DNA of 64,000 bases from Camelus ferus (Eukaryota): NCBI RefSeq assembly GCF_009834535.1, contig NC_045697.1:109928001-109992000 (forward strand), read 5' to 3'. The notes under the pieces were generated by a model. The model was not told the DNA's origin. It saw nothing but the letters and a program-made list of their open reading frames with translations, and searched no databases. Below, piece after piece: positions 38,663 to 52,012 of this stretch (positions are counted from its first letter, which is position 1; each line of letters opens with the position of its first letter). A program made the position numbers and the translations under genes.

Positions 38663-38983
38663 CAGTCATCCCTTTGTATTCTCAGGGGATTGGTTCCAAG
38701 TTCTTTATATAAAATGGCATAGTATTTACATATAACCTACATGTATCTTCCTGTATGACTAATAATGTATACATTATAAGTAGATTACTTATAATGCCTA
38801 ATACATTGTAAATATTATGTAAATAGTTGTACATACAATGTAAATGCTCGGTATAAAGCTGCTGGTGTGTGGCAAATTCAAGTTTTGCTTTTGGAAGTTT
38901 TCTGGATTTTTTCTTCAGATATTTTTGATCCACGGTTGGTTGAATCTGCAGATGTGGAACCCATGGATAGAGAGGTCTGACTG
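38663..38983. mobile_element. MER2-like TcMar-Tigger DNA transposon
   Basis: TA|cagtcatccct ... agaggtctgactg|TA: terminal inverted repeats with TA TSD; ggttggttgaatctgcagatgtggaaccc motif. Confidence 0.9.
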
Positions 38984-39130
38984 TATACTTGATAGCATAT
39001 TCTTTATTTTGCAATCGTGACCATTTTTTCATACCAATAAATAGCCTTCTACAACATGAATTTTTAATATCAGTACTTGTGTTCCATTGCAAGTACTCAT
39101 TGTAATTATTTTGTGACTCTCCTGTGCTAC

Positions 39131-39929
39131 TGTAGTATAATAAATGCATTTTGGTCCTCTTCCCCAGTTCCTGATGGAGAGTTTCTAAGACCCCTGGTAT
39201 CTCTGGAGGGATAAGAATCTTTTGTATGTTAATGAGATGGCTGGTGCCTGGGGGCCTCCTAGATATTGGCAAGATGGGGGCTGATTGCCAGAAAGAACAA
39301 GGCAGAATTAGAAGGGTGGAACTTTCATCCTCAACCCCTCAACCTCCAGAGAGAGGAGAGAGGCTGGAGACTGAGCTAATTACCAACTGTCAATGATTTA
39401 ATCAACTGCTCTTACATGATGGACCCTCCATAAAACCCCTGAACTCTGGGGTTCAGAGAGGCCTTGAGTTGGTGAACACATGGATGTCCTGGGAGGGCGG
39501 TGTGCCTGGAGAGGTCATGGAAGCTCCACGCACCCCTTCTTCCTCTGCACTACCCCACCCCACTGCCTGATACCCTGCCCTGTACACCTCTTCCATTAGG
39601 CTCTTCCTAGTTATATCCTTTAAAACAAACTGGTAATTGTAAGTAAAATGTCTTCCTGAGTCCTGTGAGCCATTTTAGAAAATTAGCAAGTCTGAGGAGG
39701 GGTTTGTGGGAAACCCTAATTTATATGTTTAAAGTAAGGGTGGTTTGGATTCATGACTGGTGTCTGAAGTGGGTGCAATTTTGTGGCACTGAGCCCTCAG
39801 CTTGTAGTTAGTGTCAGGATTGAATTGAATTGTAGGAGACCCAGATTGTGTCAGAGAATTGGTCACTGTAGGAAAAATAATCTCATGCATTTGGTGTCAC
39901 AAGTTGTGTTGGGAGTAAAAACATACTAG
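39131..39929 (+). mobile_element. MER21-like LTR
   Basis: ttagaagggtggaactttca, aggctggagactgagctaattaccaa, gagtcctgtgagccatt and gtgtcaggattgaattgaattgtagga match recalled MER21. Confidence 0.8.
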
Positions 39930-40477
39930 TGTTAGGTAGTTAGATAAGTGGGGGCATCGGGCAGATAAGGTGGAGAGAGGGAGGGTGGTCCAAAAGATGG
40001 CGGTTTGCCCACCTCCAGCATAAAGGAGCTTTACTTCCTCTAAACTAGTGCCAGCAAGAAACCAGTTAGAACCTGACTGCCCCAACTGTGCGGTAGCAAC
40101 AAGGACCTAACTGGACATGACCCAGTGCTCATGGTAACATAATTAGCATTGTGGTTTAGGTCCACCCATGGGTTTTTCTGCGTACATCATGGATAAGGGC
40201 ATTGGCAAAAGAGGACGGGCATGACTAAGCACTCCAGGCACAAGAGCTGTCAGTCAATCAAGAGACCACCTTTAAGTGAGGGTGTAAGAGGAAGGGGCAA
40301 AGACCACTGCTCTCTGCCCTTGGATCAGCCAGCGTCCTGTACTTGGAGGTGTGCTTTCCCTTTGCTAATAAACCTTTAAAATCTTTTGCTATACAAAGCT
40401 TCTGTCTCCTGTTTGAATTCTTCTCTTTTGGGTAAAACAAGAACTGGGGTCATTTCCCCTCCCCTTTTAGGGTAACA
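39930..40477 (+). mobile_element. ERV LTR family A, full length
   Basis: tgttaggtagttagataag...gggtaaca with aataaa. Reverse-complement homolog of 7066-7618. Confidence 0.9.
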
Positions 40478-41514
40478 GAAGGACCTCCCATGGTTGGATT
40501 TAGTTTGTTTATAATTTTTTTTTGTAATTATAAATAGCACTAACATTGAAAGCATTTCAAAATACTCTCAGGCTAGAGAGTGAAGTAGCAGACAAAGTGC
40601 TTAAGTGCCAAATTGTTAAAGGGTTATTGATTCCCCACAGAGCAGGCATGGAAGTTATACTGACGAGATACATTAACTAATAAGCCCAAAAGGCAGAGAT
40701 GTTTTATGTTTACATTTTATAAATACATCAGAGACCATGACAGTGGTTACAGTGATTGTAAATTACAAATGCAGTTGTTTTTCAATCATAACAACAAAAC
40801 CTTTAAATAAAATGTAGTGGAAGAGTCCTGTGTTCAATGTTGGCTGATCTGGAATCTCATGTTCTTGGTGTCCAGTCTGAGGCGGGAGTGCTACTGTGGC
40901 AGCACCCTGGCTAAGGAAGGAGTATGGGTCCCTGTTTCAGCCCTACCCTCTGAACTTTTGCTCTGACCCTGAAATAAAATTATCAATAATTACCTCCTAG
41001 GGTTGCTGTGAAAGTGGAATTGAAGATAACTGTGAAAGTGTCTCATGGTCTCTAGAACATTAGGCAAATATAAATCATCATTGCTGTTATTTTTGCATTC
41101 AAAAACCATTCGATACTATTTCATATTGTGCATTTACTTCATTGAATCCCATAAATAATTTCTACCAGCAGGGTGGGTGGGTAGGGAGGAGGAAGGACAG
41201 GAGGAAGAGGCATTGTCCCCCCTCAGTGAGTCCCTGCCTCAGCCGGAGCTGTGACTCTGCTGTTTCCCTGGGACCTCGTTTCCCCTGTGCTCCTCCCAGG
41301 GCGAACGCTTTGCCCAGAGGAAGGAGAGCTACACAACCCCCTTTACACTGCCCTTAATGTAAATCAATCAAAGAAACATCTGTTCCATGCTGGAGATTTT
41401 CAAGGGCAATTTTGATTACGCATGTGTTTCATCTTACAGACAGACTTTGGAACCTGACTCTCTTGCCACCTGGGAAGCAACTCCTCTTACGTCTTCCTCT
41501 TCAGAGGAGGGAAA

Positions 41515-41630
41515 ACTGCCCCGGGAGAGAGACTTCGGTCCCCGGGCAGCGGACTGGTGAACCACGCCCTCCGACCCCAGGGCCACTTCCGGTCTGACTC
41601 GTGGCAAGATGGCGGCCCCTAGGAAGTGGC
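41515..41630 (+). promoter_or_regulatory. Promoter-like CpG cluster with ETS and YY1 motifs
   Basis: 9 CpGs in ~95 bp; cacttccggt (41584-41593), caagatggcggc (41605-41616) and aggaagtg (41621-41628). Confidence 0.55.
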
Positions 41631-41869
41631 TTCCTTCTTACCAGTGGGTGTGGGAGAGCATCTCCCTGGTGTCAGGGTCCCTGCTCTCCCTCAGAACCTC
41701 AATCAGGGAAGGTGCCCATGAGAAAAGGAATTTACCAAAACCCAGAAAACAAAAAAATCCAGTGGGAGAGAAACGAAATGGTTGGCAAATCCAAGATTTG
41801 GAAGAGATCACTTGTTCTGATAAGAATTCACTTCGTTGCCTGTCCTCTCATCTGTGAGTTTCTTTTCTT

Positions 41870-42008
41870 CAGAATTATTTTATTTTATTTTTTTGAGGGC
41901 TAGTAATTAGGCTTTTATTTATTTATTTTTAATAGAGGTACTGGGGATGGAACCTAGGGCCTTGTGCGTGCTAAGCGTGCAATCTACCACTGAGCTAGAC
42001 CCTCCCTT
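41870..42008 (-). mobile_element. Vic-1-like SINE
   Basis: Reverse tRNA-Ala head (gtgctaagcgtgcaatctaccactgagcta), gtaattagg motif and T-rich tail. Confidence 0.9.
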
Positions 42009-43639
42009 ACCCCATCTCTGGATTTCTGATACGTTGCTTGGGGTGAAGGAGGCTCAGTGTTGTCCCTGCGGGAGAAAAGCCCCTGCAGAGTATATTGGTG
42101 GCTCAGCTGAGCGATGAATCTCTGAGCTCCCACCTGGTCATGTGGGACAATTGGGCCCCAAGAGGACATGGTTTGCCTTCAGTTTGAAGATTTGAATGAT
42201 TTTCCACCTTATTTCGTTGCAAAAGGGTGAATGTCCTTGTGGTTCTTGGCCCATGGAGAGAGTTCCTCTGTGAATGACAGTTTTATAGGTGCTGGCAGGT
42301 TTGGTCCAGGATCACATTTTACCAGTTCACCAGGTAATCTCTGATTTCCTTATCCAAATGGGAAATTTAGTGTGAAACCGATTGTAGGTGAAAATTGACT
42401 GTGTATGTATCACAGAGGCGGTTTCTCACCACCGAAAAAAACCCCATGTCCTGCTTGGGAAAGAAAGCACCAAAAACCAAAACCGCCTTTCCTTTTCATA
42501 AGCAAGTTTCAGCCAAAAGGAAAAGGAGTTTTATTTTTTGCGAACCCACAAAAATGTCATATTCACCAGTGAGGAAATCACATTTGTACAACTGTATTAA
42601 AGATGTTTTTCTCATTCAAGCAAATGGGAAAGTTTTACATGAAACTGCTTTTGGGGGCAAAGGTGAGGGGAGAGTGTTTTTATATAAAGAAAACAGTCTT
42701 CCTTGCTTTGGAAGTAGAAATTGCTCTAAAGAGTAGATTTTGAAGTGCTCTCTCGTCTCTCTGCTGCCTTAGTCCATCACTGATTGAGGTTGAAGTAGGA
42801 CTCCTATAAACTACACTTTGAACTTTTTTTAGCTAAACATTTTTGATGGATTCAAGCTGTGGCTTGAAAAACTGGCTCAAAAGCATGCACATGACAAGAC
42901 CACTTTTCCAATGGACTTGAGGGTGTCAGTTGCTTCCTCAGGGAAATGGGCATACTTTCCAAGTCTGGTTGCCTGTAGGGAACAGATCACACTGACTCTC
43001 CAACCCTGCTCCATCCCAGAGTCTGAAGCCATGCCAGTCAGCATTCCCAGTAATGTCCAACTTCAGCTCTAGGTCCTTTCTGGCTAGCTTGTAAATTGCC
43101 CAAATTGTGTTAGAACCTGTCCAAGGCCAGAGATAGAAATCTCTTGAAAATGGTCCAACTGACAATGCTAAGGAGAAAAATGGGGAGAGACGTGCATGCG
43201 TGAAGTTTAGAGGCACATGACTGCTGAGCCTGCGCTGACTTCTTCCTTAGAATTGTAAATGATTCTGCATGGAGGCAGTGGCTAATGGGAGAGCCAGGGA
43301 CAGGAGGGCGGCAGCTGACAGTCCTGGGGCAGCCCAAGATAGGGCTGGTGAGAAGTCCCTCCCAGCAATGCTGGGTCAGATGGAGCTTGGCAGACCCCTG
43401 GTATGTCCCAGCATGGAGGTGAGGGAGGGCAGGTTGGAAGAGTGAGTGATGTAAGTTGGGAGATGTTAGAGGCAAACCAGAGGAACAGACTTACAGCAGG
43501 TAGTCAGGAAACGTGGCAAAGCAGAAACAAACAAGGAGGCAGCTCCAATCACATTATGAATTATTAATACTAAGTTGCATATCGAATCATTTTGGATTCT
43601 GAAGACTCCACAACCTGCCTAGTCATTGGTGGGATGGGA

Positions 43640-43990
43640 AGTGTTTTGCCAAATCTGGTTCCCAGATCAGCAGAATCAGCATCACCTGGGAACTTCTTAA
43701 AGCAAATTCTCAAACCCTACTGCAGATCCATTGAATCAGAAACCCTGGGGGAGGATCTCACGAGGTGTGTTTCCACAAGCCCACTAGAGGAGTCTGGTGC
43801 ACACTAAAGGTTGGAAACCACTACTTTAGAGCACTTCTTCTCAGATTTTAAGGTGTACAAGAATCACCAGGCAATCTTGCTGAATACAAATACAAATTCA
43901 GATTCAGTAGATCTGGGTTGGGGCTGAGATTCTGCATTTCTACTAAGCCCCTCGGTGACACTGATGCTGCTGGGTCATAGAGCATATATA
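43640..43990. mobile_element. Two adjacent MER5-type hAT-Charlie elements
   Basis: cagcatcacctgggaactt...tgaatcagaaaccctgggg (43640-43823) and gattcagtagatctggg...gagattctgcatttcta (43830-43990), in opposite orientation. Confidence 0.8.
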
Positions 43991-44769
43991 TGGAGGTCTT
44001 ATGGTCAGAACAAGGCACAGCACCCATGGCTTGGGTCCCAGGGGCAGAGGGGATGCTTTCCTACATGACCAGAGAGGGGAATAGAAGCTCAGTGCCTTAT
44101 GAGTGATCAGGTCAGAGCCCCAGGTCATGGCATTGCTTTCCATTGAGGCAGGTACTTAATGGCGCAGTTGGGAGAGAGGCTGAGCTGGTAGGTAGTGAAG
44201 TTGAGAGTAATTACCTTTGGCAAATATTTGCTAGATCTGGTCTTGCAGGGAAGGACTTTGGGGTTTTTTCACTCAAACTTTTTTCTGGGGCTTTCCATGG
44301 AAGCTTCGTTTTTGTCCTCTGGGATGTGTTTTGACATTTTTTTTTCTGGAAAAGAAAATTGGAGAAAAATTGGCTTGAAAATCCCTCAAAAAAAGTTTAT
44401 CTAGTAGCTTTAATTGGAAAGGGAAGGGTTTAAGGTATGTATAGGTAGCCAGTCGGACCTTTTTACTTCAATTTCTGATTAGTTGCTTAATGCTGTACTG
44501 AAAACGAACAAGACTTAGTAGAGTGAAATGGAAAGACTTTTAGGCAAAACCCAAACCCACAATGTATTTTCTTTTGGCAAGGAGATTTGTCTTCACAAAT
44601 GAATGAGAAAATACATCAGATGGCATGGTCCAGCATTGACTCTAGTAGAGACAGTGAGGAGACTCACTGTGCCTCAATGAGAGGCTGAAGTTGGGAAGGT
44701 ACTGAAGATATCTGACTTCCTGAGTGACCGGAGGAATGGGGTTGGAGTCATGCTTATATAAAAGCAAAA

Positions 44770-44966
44770 TGTAAAATAGATACACAACAAGTTTCTTCTG
44801 TAGAGCACAGGTAACTATATTCAATATCTTGTAGTAACCTATAATGAAAACGACTATGAAAACAAATACATGTATGTATATGTATGATTGAAACATTATG
44901 CTGTACACCAGAAATTGACACAGCATTGTAAATTGACTATAGTTTAATAAAAATAAATAATAAAAC
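44770..44966 (+). mobile_element. 5'-truncated L1 3' end
   Basis: Same 3'UTR motifs as the other short L1 ends; TSD aaaagcaaaa on both sides. Confidence 0.88.
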
Positions 44967-45889
44967 AAAAGCAAAAACAGCAGACAGACAGAATGTCCCT
45001 TCAGTGGTTATTGCTTTATTTAAAAACAAGAGAGCTTCTTTGTTTTCTCCATTCTGTAAAAGTTAAGTATGTACTTTGTTCTTTCAGAGAAAAGCAAAGA
45101 CAAGAACATCATTCTTTCATCCTCAATTTTTGTGACTCTGGAAGAAATCTCTCAGGCTATTGAATTACACAGTTCTAGAAGGAATGTAGATTCTTCTCTA
45201 GGCTAGTGCTACAAATAAATATGAATCGCTCAACTTTATGTCATGGATTTCAATCTTGTGTGAACCTAGCCTTTAAAGTGCTATGATTATTGCTAAATAA
45301 AAGCGATATTGGGAGTTCTGACTTCAGGTAAGAGAGCTCTCAGACCATAAAATTGGAGAGCTGCAATCTCAGGCACCAAATTGTCTTCCTTTCTCATTGC
45401 TTCTGAGTATCTCAAAAATAATAAAAATAAAAATAAATAAATAGAAAGATGAGTTTTTGAATTTTTAAAAAAAATTTTTTGCAATGTATATTATATATGT
45501 GTATTTGTTTATGTGAATTGTCACATTCCACAAAAAGTAGCAAAGAATTTATATGGAAGTAAATTTTAAAAGACAGCCTAGCTCACAGCTTAAAAAGAGC
45601 TATTCTGTCTAAACCAGTATTGGTTCTACTAATATCACCATGAGACAAAAGTTGTAATAATTTGGAGGATGTGTTTTACATTGAGCTACATAACCTAAGT
45701 CAACCCATCCTTCTAAGGGGCATAAATGATTAAAAGGGAACGTTGTAATGATACATGTAAACAAAAATGTGTGTGTTTTTGTGACAAGTGGTAAAAAAAT
45801 ATTTATGCTAGTTTATAGTCAAAATCTATTTTGAAGGGGCCTGAAATACCAGGAAAAATAAGAACAACAGTAGTAAATTAAATATTAAG

Positions 45890-48500
45890 TGGTAACAAAT
45901 TAGATAGCTCGGAAGAAAGAAAAAATCCTAGAAAACACAAACTACTGAAACCGACTCAAGAAGAAACAGAAAATCTGAATAGACCAATCGCAGGTAAAGA
46001 GATTGAATCTGTAATTTAAAAACTTCACAGAAAGAAAAGCTCAGGCCCAGATGGCTGCATTGGTGAGTTCTATCTAAGGAAGAGCTAATGCAGTCTTTTA
46101 CAAATGATTCCAAAAAGTTAGAGGAAGGAACGCTTCTCAACTCATTTTGTATTTACTCTGATACCAAAACCAGGAAAAAACAGCACAAGAAACTACAGAC
46201 CAATATCTCTTATGAATATGGACACAAAAATCCTCAAGAAAATACTAGCATACCGAATCCAGCAACATAAAGAAAGGATTATATACCGCAACCAAGTGAG
46301 GTTTATCCAAAGAAAGCAATCAATGTAGTAAACTTATATTAATAGAATAAACGAGAAAAAACCCACATTTATCTCAATAGGTGAGGAAAAGCATTTGACA
46401 CAATCCAATGCCTTTCTCAATTTAAAAAAAAAAAAAAAAAAAAAAACTCATCAAACTTGGAATAGAAGGGAACGCCCTCAACTTGAAAAAGGTCATCTAT
46501 GAAAAACCCTCAGTTCCCATCATACTTAATGGAGAGAGACTAGGTGACTTTTCCCTAAGATCAAGAACAAGACAAGAGTATGTACTCTTGCCCCTTCCAG
46601 TCAACATCATATTGGAGGTTTTAACTAGAGCGTTTGGAGAAGAAAAATAAATAAAAGCCATCCACATTGGAAAGGAAGAAGTAAACTATTTTTGTTCACA
46701 GATGATGTGATCTTATATATGGTAATCTAGTAAGTCTACTAAATATGTGAACTAATAAAAAAGGTCAGCAAGTTTTCAGGATACCAAGATCAACATATAA
46801 AAATCAGCTGTGTTTTTATACACTAGCAATTTTGAAAAAAAAAATTAAGAAAACGATTCCATTTAAAATAATATGAAAAAGAATAATACACTTAGGAATA
46901 AATTTAACAAGAGAAGTGAAAGACTCATATTGAAAACCATAAATCCCTGTTGCCAGAAATTCAACACCTAAATAAATAAAAGATATCCCATGTACATAGA
47001 TCAGAAGATTAATATTAAGACACAAATACTTTCCAAAATGATCTACAGATCCAACGTGATCCTTATCAAAATCCCAGTGGCCTGTTTTCACAGAAAGCCT
47101 TTGATAATGAAATTCGTATGGAGATGTAAGAGACCCAGAATAGTCAAAACAATAGTGAAAAAGAACAAAGTTGGAAACTCACACTCCCAATTTCAAAACT
47201 TATTGTAAATCCCCAGCAGTCAAGACAGTGTGGTGCTTACATGAGGTTGAACATAGAGGTGAATAGAATGGAATTGAGAGTCTAGAAATAAGTCTTTATA
47301 TTTATGGGTCAATCGATTCTCAAAAAGGGTGTCAAGGCAATGGTCTTTTCAAGAAATAGTTTTGGGTCAACTGTTTATCCTCATGCAAAAGAACCTCAAC
47401 TACTTTCTTACACCACATGCAAAAATTTACTCAAAATGGATTATAGAACAAAAGTTAAGAGGTAGAACTATAAAGCTTTTGGAACAAAATATAGGAATAA
47501 TTCTTGATGAGAAGGATTAGGTAATGATTTCTTAGATGTACAAGCAACCAAAGAAGTAATAGATAAATTAAACTACATCACTTAAAAAAATTGTGCTGAA
47601 AATGATGAAATCGAGAAAGTGAAAACCCAACCCACAGCATTAGAAAAAAATTATTAGCCATTTACTTGATAAAGAACTGATATCTAAAAATACATCAAAA
47701 ATTTTAAAACTCAATAATAAAAAGACAATTAAACAGCGGACAAAGAATTTGAACAGACATTTCTCTAAAGAAGGTATACAAATGGCAATAAGAACATGAA
47801 AAAGTCTTAATATCATAAGTCATTAGGTAGATACAAATCAAAACCATAATGAGATACCACTTCACACCCACAAGGATGGCTATAGTAAAAAAGACAAGAG
47901 TGTTGACAAAGATGTTGAGAGGTGGGAACCCCCATAAATTTACTGATGGGACCATAACCTGGTACAGCCATTTTGGAAAACAGTTTGGCTGTTCCTCAAA
48001 GTGTTTAACATACCCCTAGAAATGAAAACACCCATTTTCACAAAATCTTGTACATGAATGTTCACTGTGGCATTATTCATAGTAGCCAGAAACTGGGGAC
48101 CACTTCAAACTGATAAATGGATAAATGTGACATCCATACAATGGGACGTTAGTCTGCAATAAAAAATTGAAATAATGACACATGCTACAACACAGATGAA
48201 ACTTGTGAAAAGAAGCCAGCCACAGGAAAAAAAAAAACACATATTGGTTCAATTCATACAAAATGTCTACGATAGGCAAATTTATACAGAGAGAAAGTAG
48301 GTTAGTGTGCTTAGGGCGGTGGAGATATGGAATTGGGGAGTGATTGCGAATGAGGACAAGGCTTCTTTTGCGGTGATGAAAAAGTTCTAAACTTAGGTTA
48401 TGGTGATGGGCACATATCTGTGAATAAACTAAAATCTTTAAAGTGTATACTTTAAGTGAATGATTTCTATGGTATGTGAATTATATCTTAAAAAAGCATT
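45890..48500 (+). mobile_element. Decayed L1 (L1MB-like), ORF2 3' portion plus 3'UTR
   Basis: RT motif ttcacagatgatgtgatcttatat (FTDDVILY, ~46695), KMIYRSNVILIKIP remnant, gagataccacttcacaccc and 3'UTR end tgaattatatcttaaaaaagc. Confidence 0.92.
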
Positions 48501-50619
48501 TAAGAGTAAATATTATGGCCTTGAGTTTGGAAATCTAAGCTGTACACTATGTAATAATTTATCTTCTCTTCCTGTTTCTCTTTGTTCAGTTGATAGTGAA
48601 ACAAATGCATTCTTTTTTCTACCTGCAGGTGGCCAGCTTCACAGTTAGTTCTCCTTCTCATGCAGAGCTTAATTTTTAAGGCAAAAATCTATAATAGGAT
48701 GAAGAAGAAAAGGCAATATTCTCCAAACACCTAAAGCCTGATCCTAGTATATGCTTGGTGCCTGGTGTTCCAAAATAAGACGCTCCTTGTCTTCAAGAAG
48801 CTTTTCTACTTTACATATTATGTAACACATTAATTAGGGCTAATCAGCAGCGGGACCTTGACAGTCTAATCTAGGAAGGTAAATACGATTCTACAAAGAG
48901 TTGTACTATAAGACTCGAGTTTGGAATGCTATAAAGGAGAAGTGTATCTCATTCCACAGACATGTTTCATTGAAGAGGCAGAGGAATAATAACTCAGGAA
49001 AAATAATTGCAAACCTTCCTACCACTCTTTCCAATTTGCCTGGCCCCATGGCCAAACACATTGCCTTGTTTAATCTTCTCAAAATCCCTGTGAGGATAGT
49101 ATTTGCATCCTTGGTAGCCAATATACAGAAGTGGCAATGGTGATTATACACCAATATCTTCTACTCCAAACTCTGGGAAACTTTCACAAGTGCATGGAAG
49201 TTGTGGTTCTGTGAGATTTTCTGTGGAAGGATATTGAAGACAACTTGGGAGAAAAGAAAAAGAAAGTGATCAGAAAAAAACCTTACTGTGGGAGTAAATT
49301 TAAGCAGCCCTGCCACCTCCAAGAAATGGGTAACTCTTTCCTCCTGTAGATTACAAAACCATTGTGGAAGTACCTTGTGATTGAGGTAGAAGACTTCATC
49401 TATTTGGACAACTACTTAATAGTTCATTTTGCTCAATGTAGAGCCTTCGTTTAATTTGTTGTTTTCCTCAGCACACAAAGGGAGCAATAAATAGAATTGC
49501 TCCTTGGTTTTAATTCTGAGCAGTAGCATAGTATAACAGGGAGTGTGGAAATAATAGGAACTGTAGAAGTGTGACCATGTTATCATTGGATAATTCTGTC
49601 GGAAAATGAATGTGTTGGGCATCGGCCATAATCTGAGACTTGGAAAAGCAGGTTTCAAAAAAATACAGGGAGAGGTTGTATAATTCTGTAGCCAGAGATT
49701 CTAAAGGGCAGGTGGATACAGAAGATATGGAAAGGTCTAAATAGGCAAACTTTTGAACCTAAAACTTGAGTTAAAAAAAAAAAGAAGGAAAGTTTCAAGA
49801 AATCATCACGCCTTCCCTTGGAGTTAGGAAAGGACTCCTAAAAGTGGAAGGTGGCTTTCAAATTAAGGAGGATACAAAATCATGGCCTGGACCATGACAG
49901 AATGCCAGAGAAACACAGCATCAGAATGAGCTGGCATTTTCCATAAATACAGGAGACACTGCAAAGGGGTATTTTTCAAAATAGCGACCGAATAAGAAGA
50001 ATGAGAAAGCTTGGAATTCCTAACAGGAACAACAGAGCAGTAAATAAATAGACTCAGAAAACAAAACCTCTCCTCTCTGGCCCATGTCTGTATTTCCTGT
50101 GACTGAGGAAGGACTTGAACTGGGTAACCAGGTCCAGTGAGAGGAGACCACTGGAAACTCAGGAGCGGGAGGGAGTGTTTAGGCCACCTTGAACAATGTA
50201 CAATGAGTGGGCTTGGAAAGTAGAAGAAGTGGGGTTTTGTTTATAGACTGAGCGTTGAGAGCACAGGGACAGGCAGGCCACCCTTTGGTGGCGCCCAGAC
50301 CACATGTGAAATATTGTGTTCCTTTCTGTGATCTGTACTTTAAAGGGAAAATGAGAAACTAGAGCATGTATACATATTTTTTTTTTTCTTGACAGAAAGA
50401 GAGTTCAGGGAAGAGGGACAAAATCATCTCCAGAGTCCCTTCCGGTGCTAAGACTGGCCTTGAAGTTCCCTCCTCCTTCCCAGCACCACCCTCTTCCCAA
50501 GTCCTATCAAAACAATTTCCTTTTCTCCAGGGCTGGTCTCCTTGAGTGCTTCCCAAGATGGAGGGACTGGCTTTGGACCTGGACCCTGGTATGGAACAAC
50601 CTTGCAGGTCTGAGAGCCA

Positions 50620-50820
50620 AAGCCAACCCCACCCACCCCTGACTGCTCTGCCGCATGACCTGAGCCAAGTTGTTTTTCTCTGCATCTCGTTTTGCTCATC
50701 TGCAAAGTGGGGATGATAATATTGACCTCAGAGGACAGTGGGGAGGATGAAATGGAATCACACATCCAGAGAAGTGAGCCCGGTGCTTGCCACTTGGTAA
50801 GAGTGTGTAAACAGAGACTA
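50620..50820 (+). mobile_element. MIR
   Basis: Core ctcgttttgctcatctgcaaagtggggatgataatattgacctcagagga. Confidence 0.7.
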
Positions 50821-51026
50821 ACCAGAATCACGCGAGGAGACATTTTATTTTGAAAAGAATCTACCAGGAGCTAGTCCACCAGTACAGAAAGGTCAGGCAG
50901 CCAAACCCCCTTCTCTTTAGTACTGCTTATGCATATCCTCCCTTTTAGAAACCCAGTGGCATTCAGGGTAGGACAACGTGTGCAGAACAAAACAAGGAGA
51001 TGGCCAATCAAGGGTGCCTTTGCTGC

Positions 51027-51163
51027 AGCGAGAGTAGAGCTTAGTGGTAGAGCGCATGCTTAGCGTGCACGAGGTCCTGGGTCCAGTCTTCACTACCTCC
51101 ACTAAAAATAAATAGATAAATAAATAAACCTAATTCCCTTCCCCTGCGAACAAAACCAGAAAA
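51027..51163 (+). mobile_element. Vic-1-like SINE
   Basis: tRNA-Ala head. TSD gtgcctttgct (51014-51024 / 51164-51174). Confidence 0.92.
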
Positions 51164-52012
51164 GTGCCTTTGCTACGCACTAAGCAATTTCAACTCACCA
51201 GATCTGTATTAATTTTTCCAGAGGGTTGAGTCACTCCTTATCACCACAGGAACGGAGTCAATGGGGACATTCTTATCTCCCCCTCCCTCTCCCAATCTCA
51301 GCATTGACATTTATTAAGGTCGTGGGTGCTGACAGCCAGTCCCTTACATCCTCAGCAGTCCCAAGATTCACAAAGGCAGGAGGGGACAGAATTCCTCAAC
51401 ACTTACATTCTGACCAGAGCACTAAAATGTCAAGGACCTTCCTGACCACTGACCGGCCCGAGTGCACAGGAGAGGCTGACAGGGCACCGTGGCGCCGGGG
51501 CCTGGGGAGGGAGTGTCCCGTGCCGGCACAACACACCTACCCTTTCAAAGCAGAAGTGTTCCACGGGCCTCTCGGACGCCAAGGAACTGTTGTAGAGTAG
51601 CATTTTAATGAACTGAGCGTAAATACATTAAAAACACATGGAATAAATGCTCCTTGAAATAAACATGGATTTTTTTAAAAAATGAAGAGGAAAGCAAATG
51701 CTTTGGCAAAACACATTTTGGGTTTTTTGAACCCCAAATATTTGAAAACTGTTCAGGCGATCTTACTCAATCCAGAGTGCCAGTTAGCTCTCCCGTGGTG
51801 ACTAATAATACATACGAAAGTGGGAAAATTCAGCATATTTCTCCAGTTATGGCATTTCATGAAAGACGCAGATCTTTCTGGAAGGCTTTCAGAGAACAGC
51901 TTTGAAAATCCTTCAGAAATGAAAGTTTTGAATTTTGAAGAGAAATGAGAGGAGTTAAATATGTGTGAATTAATTAATGAAACATGAAGGAGTAATTAGC
52001 TGTTCCATGCCT

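Noticed and set aside
38682..39272. Longest ORF in the track (196 aa)
   Set aside because: It runs antisense across a MER21-like LTR and a MER2 element and has no recognisable domain; a chance ORF.
50278..50300. CTCF site (ccctttggtggcgccc)
   Set aside because: Only the 3' half matches the consensus; too weak without data.
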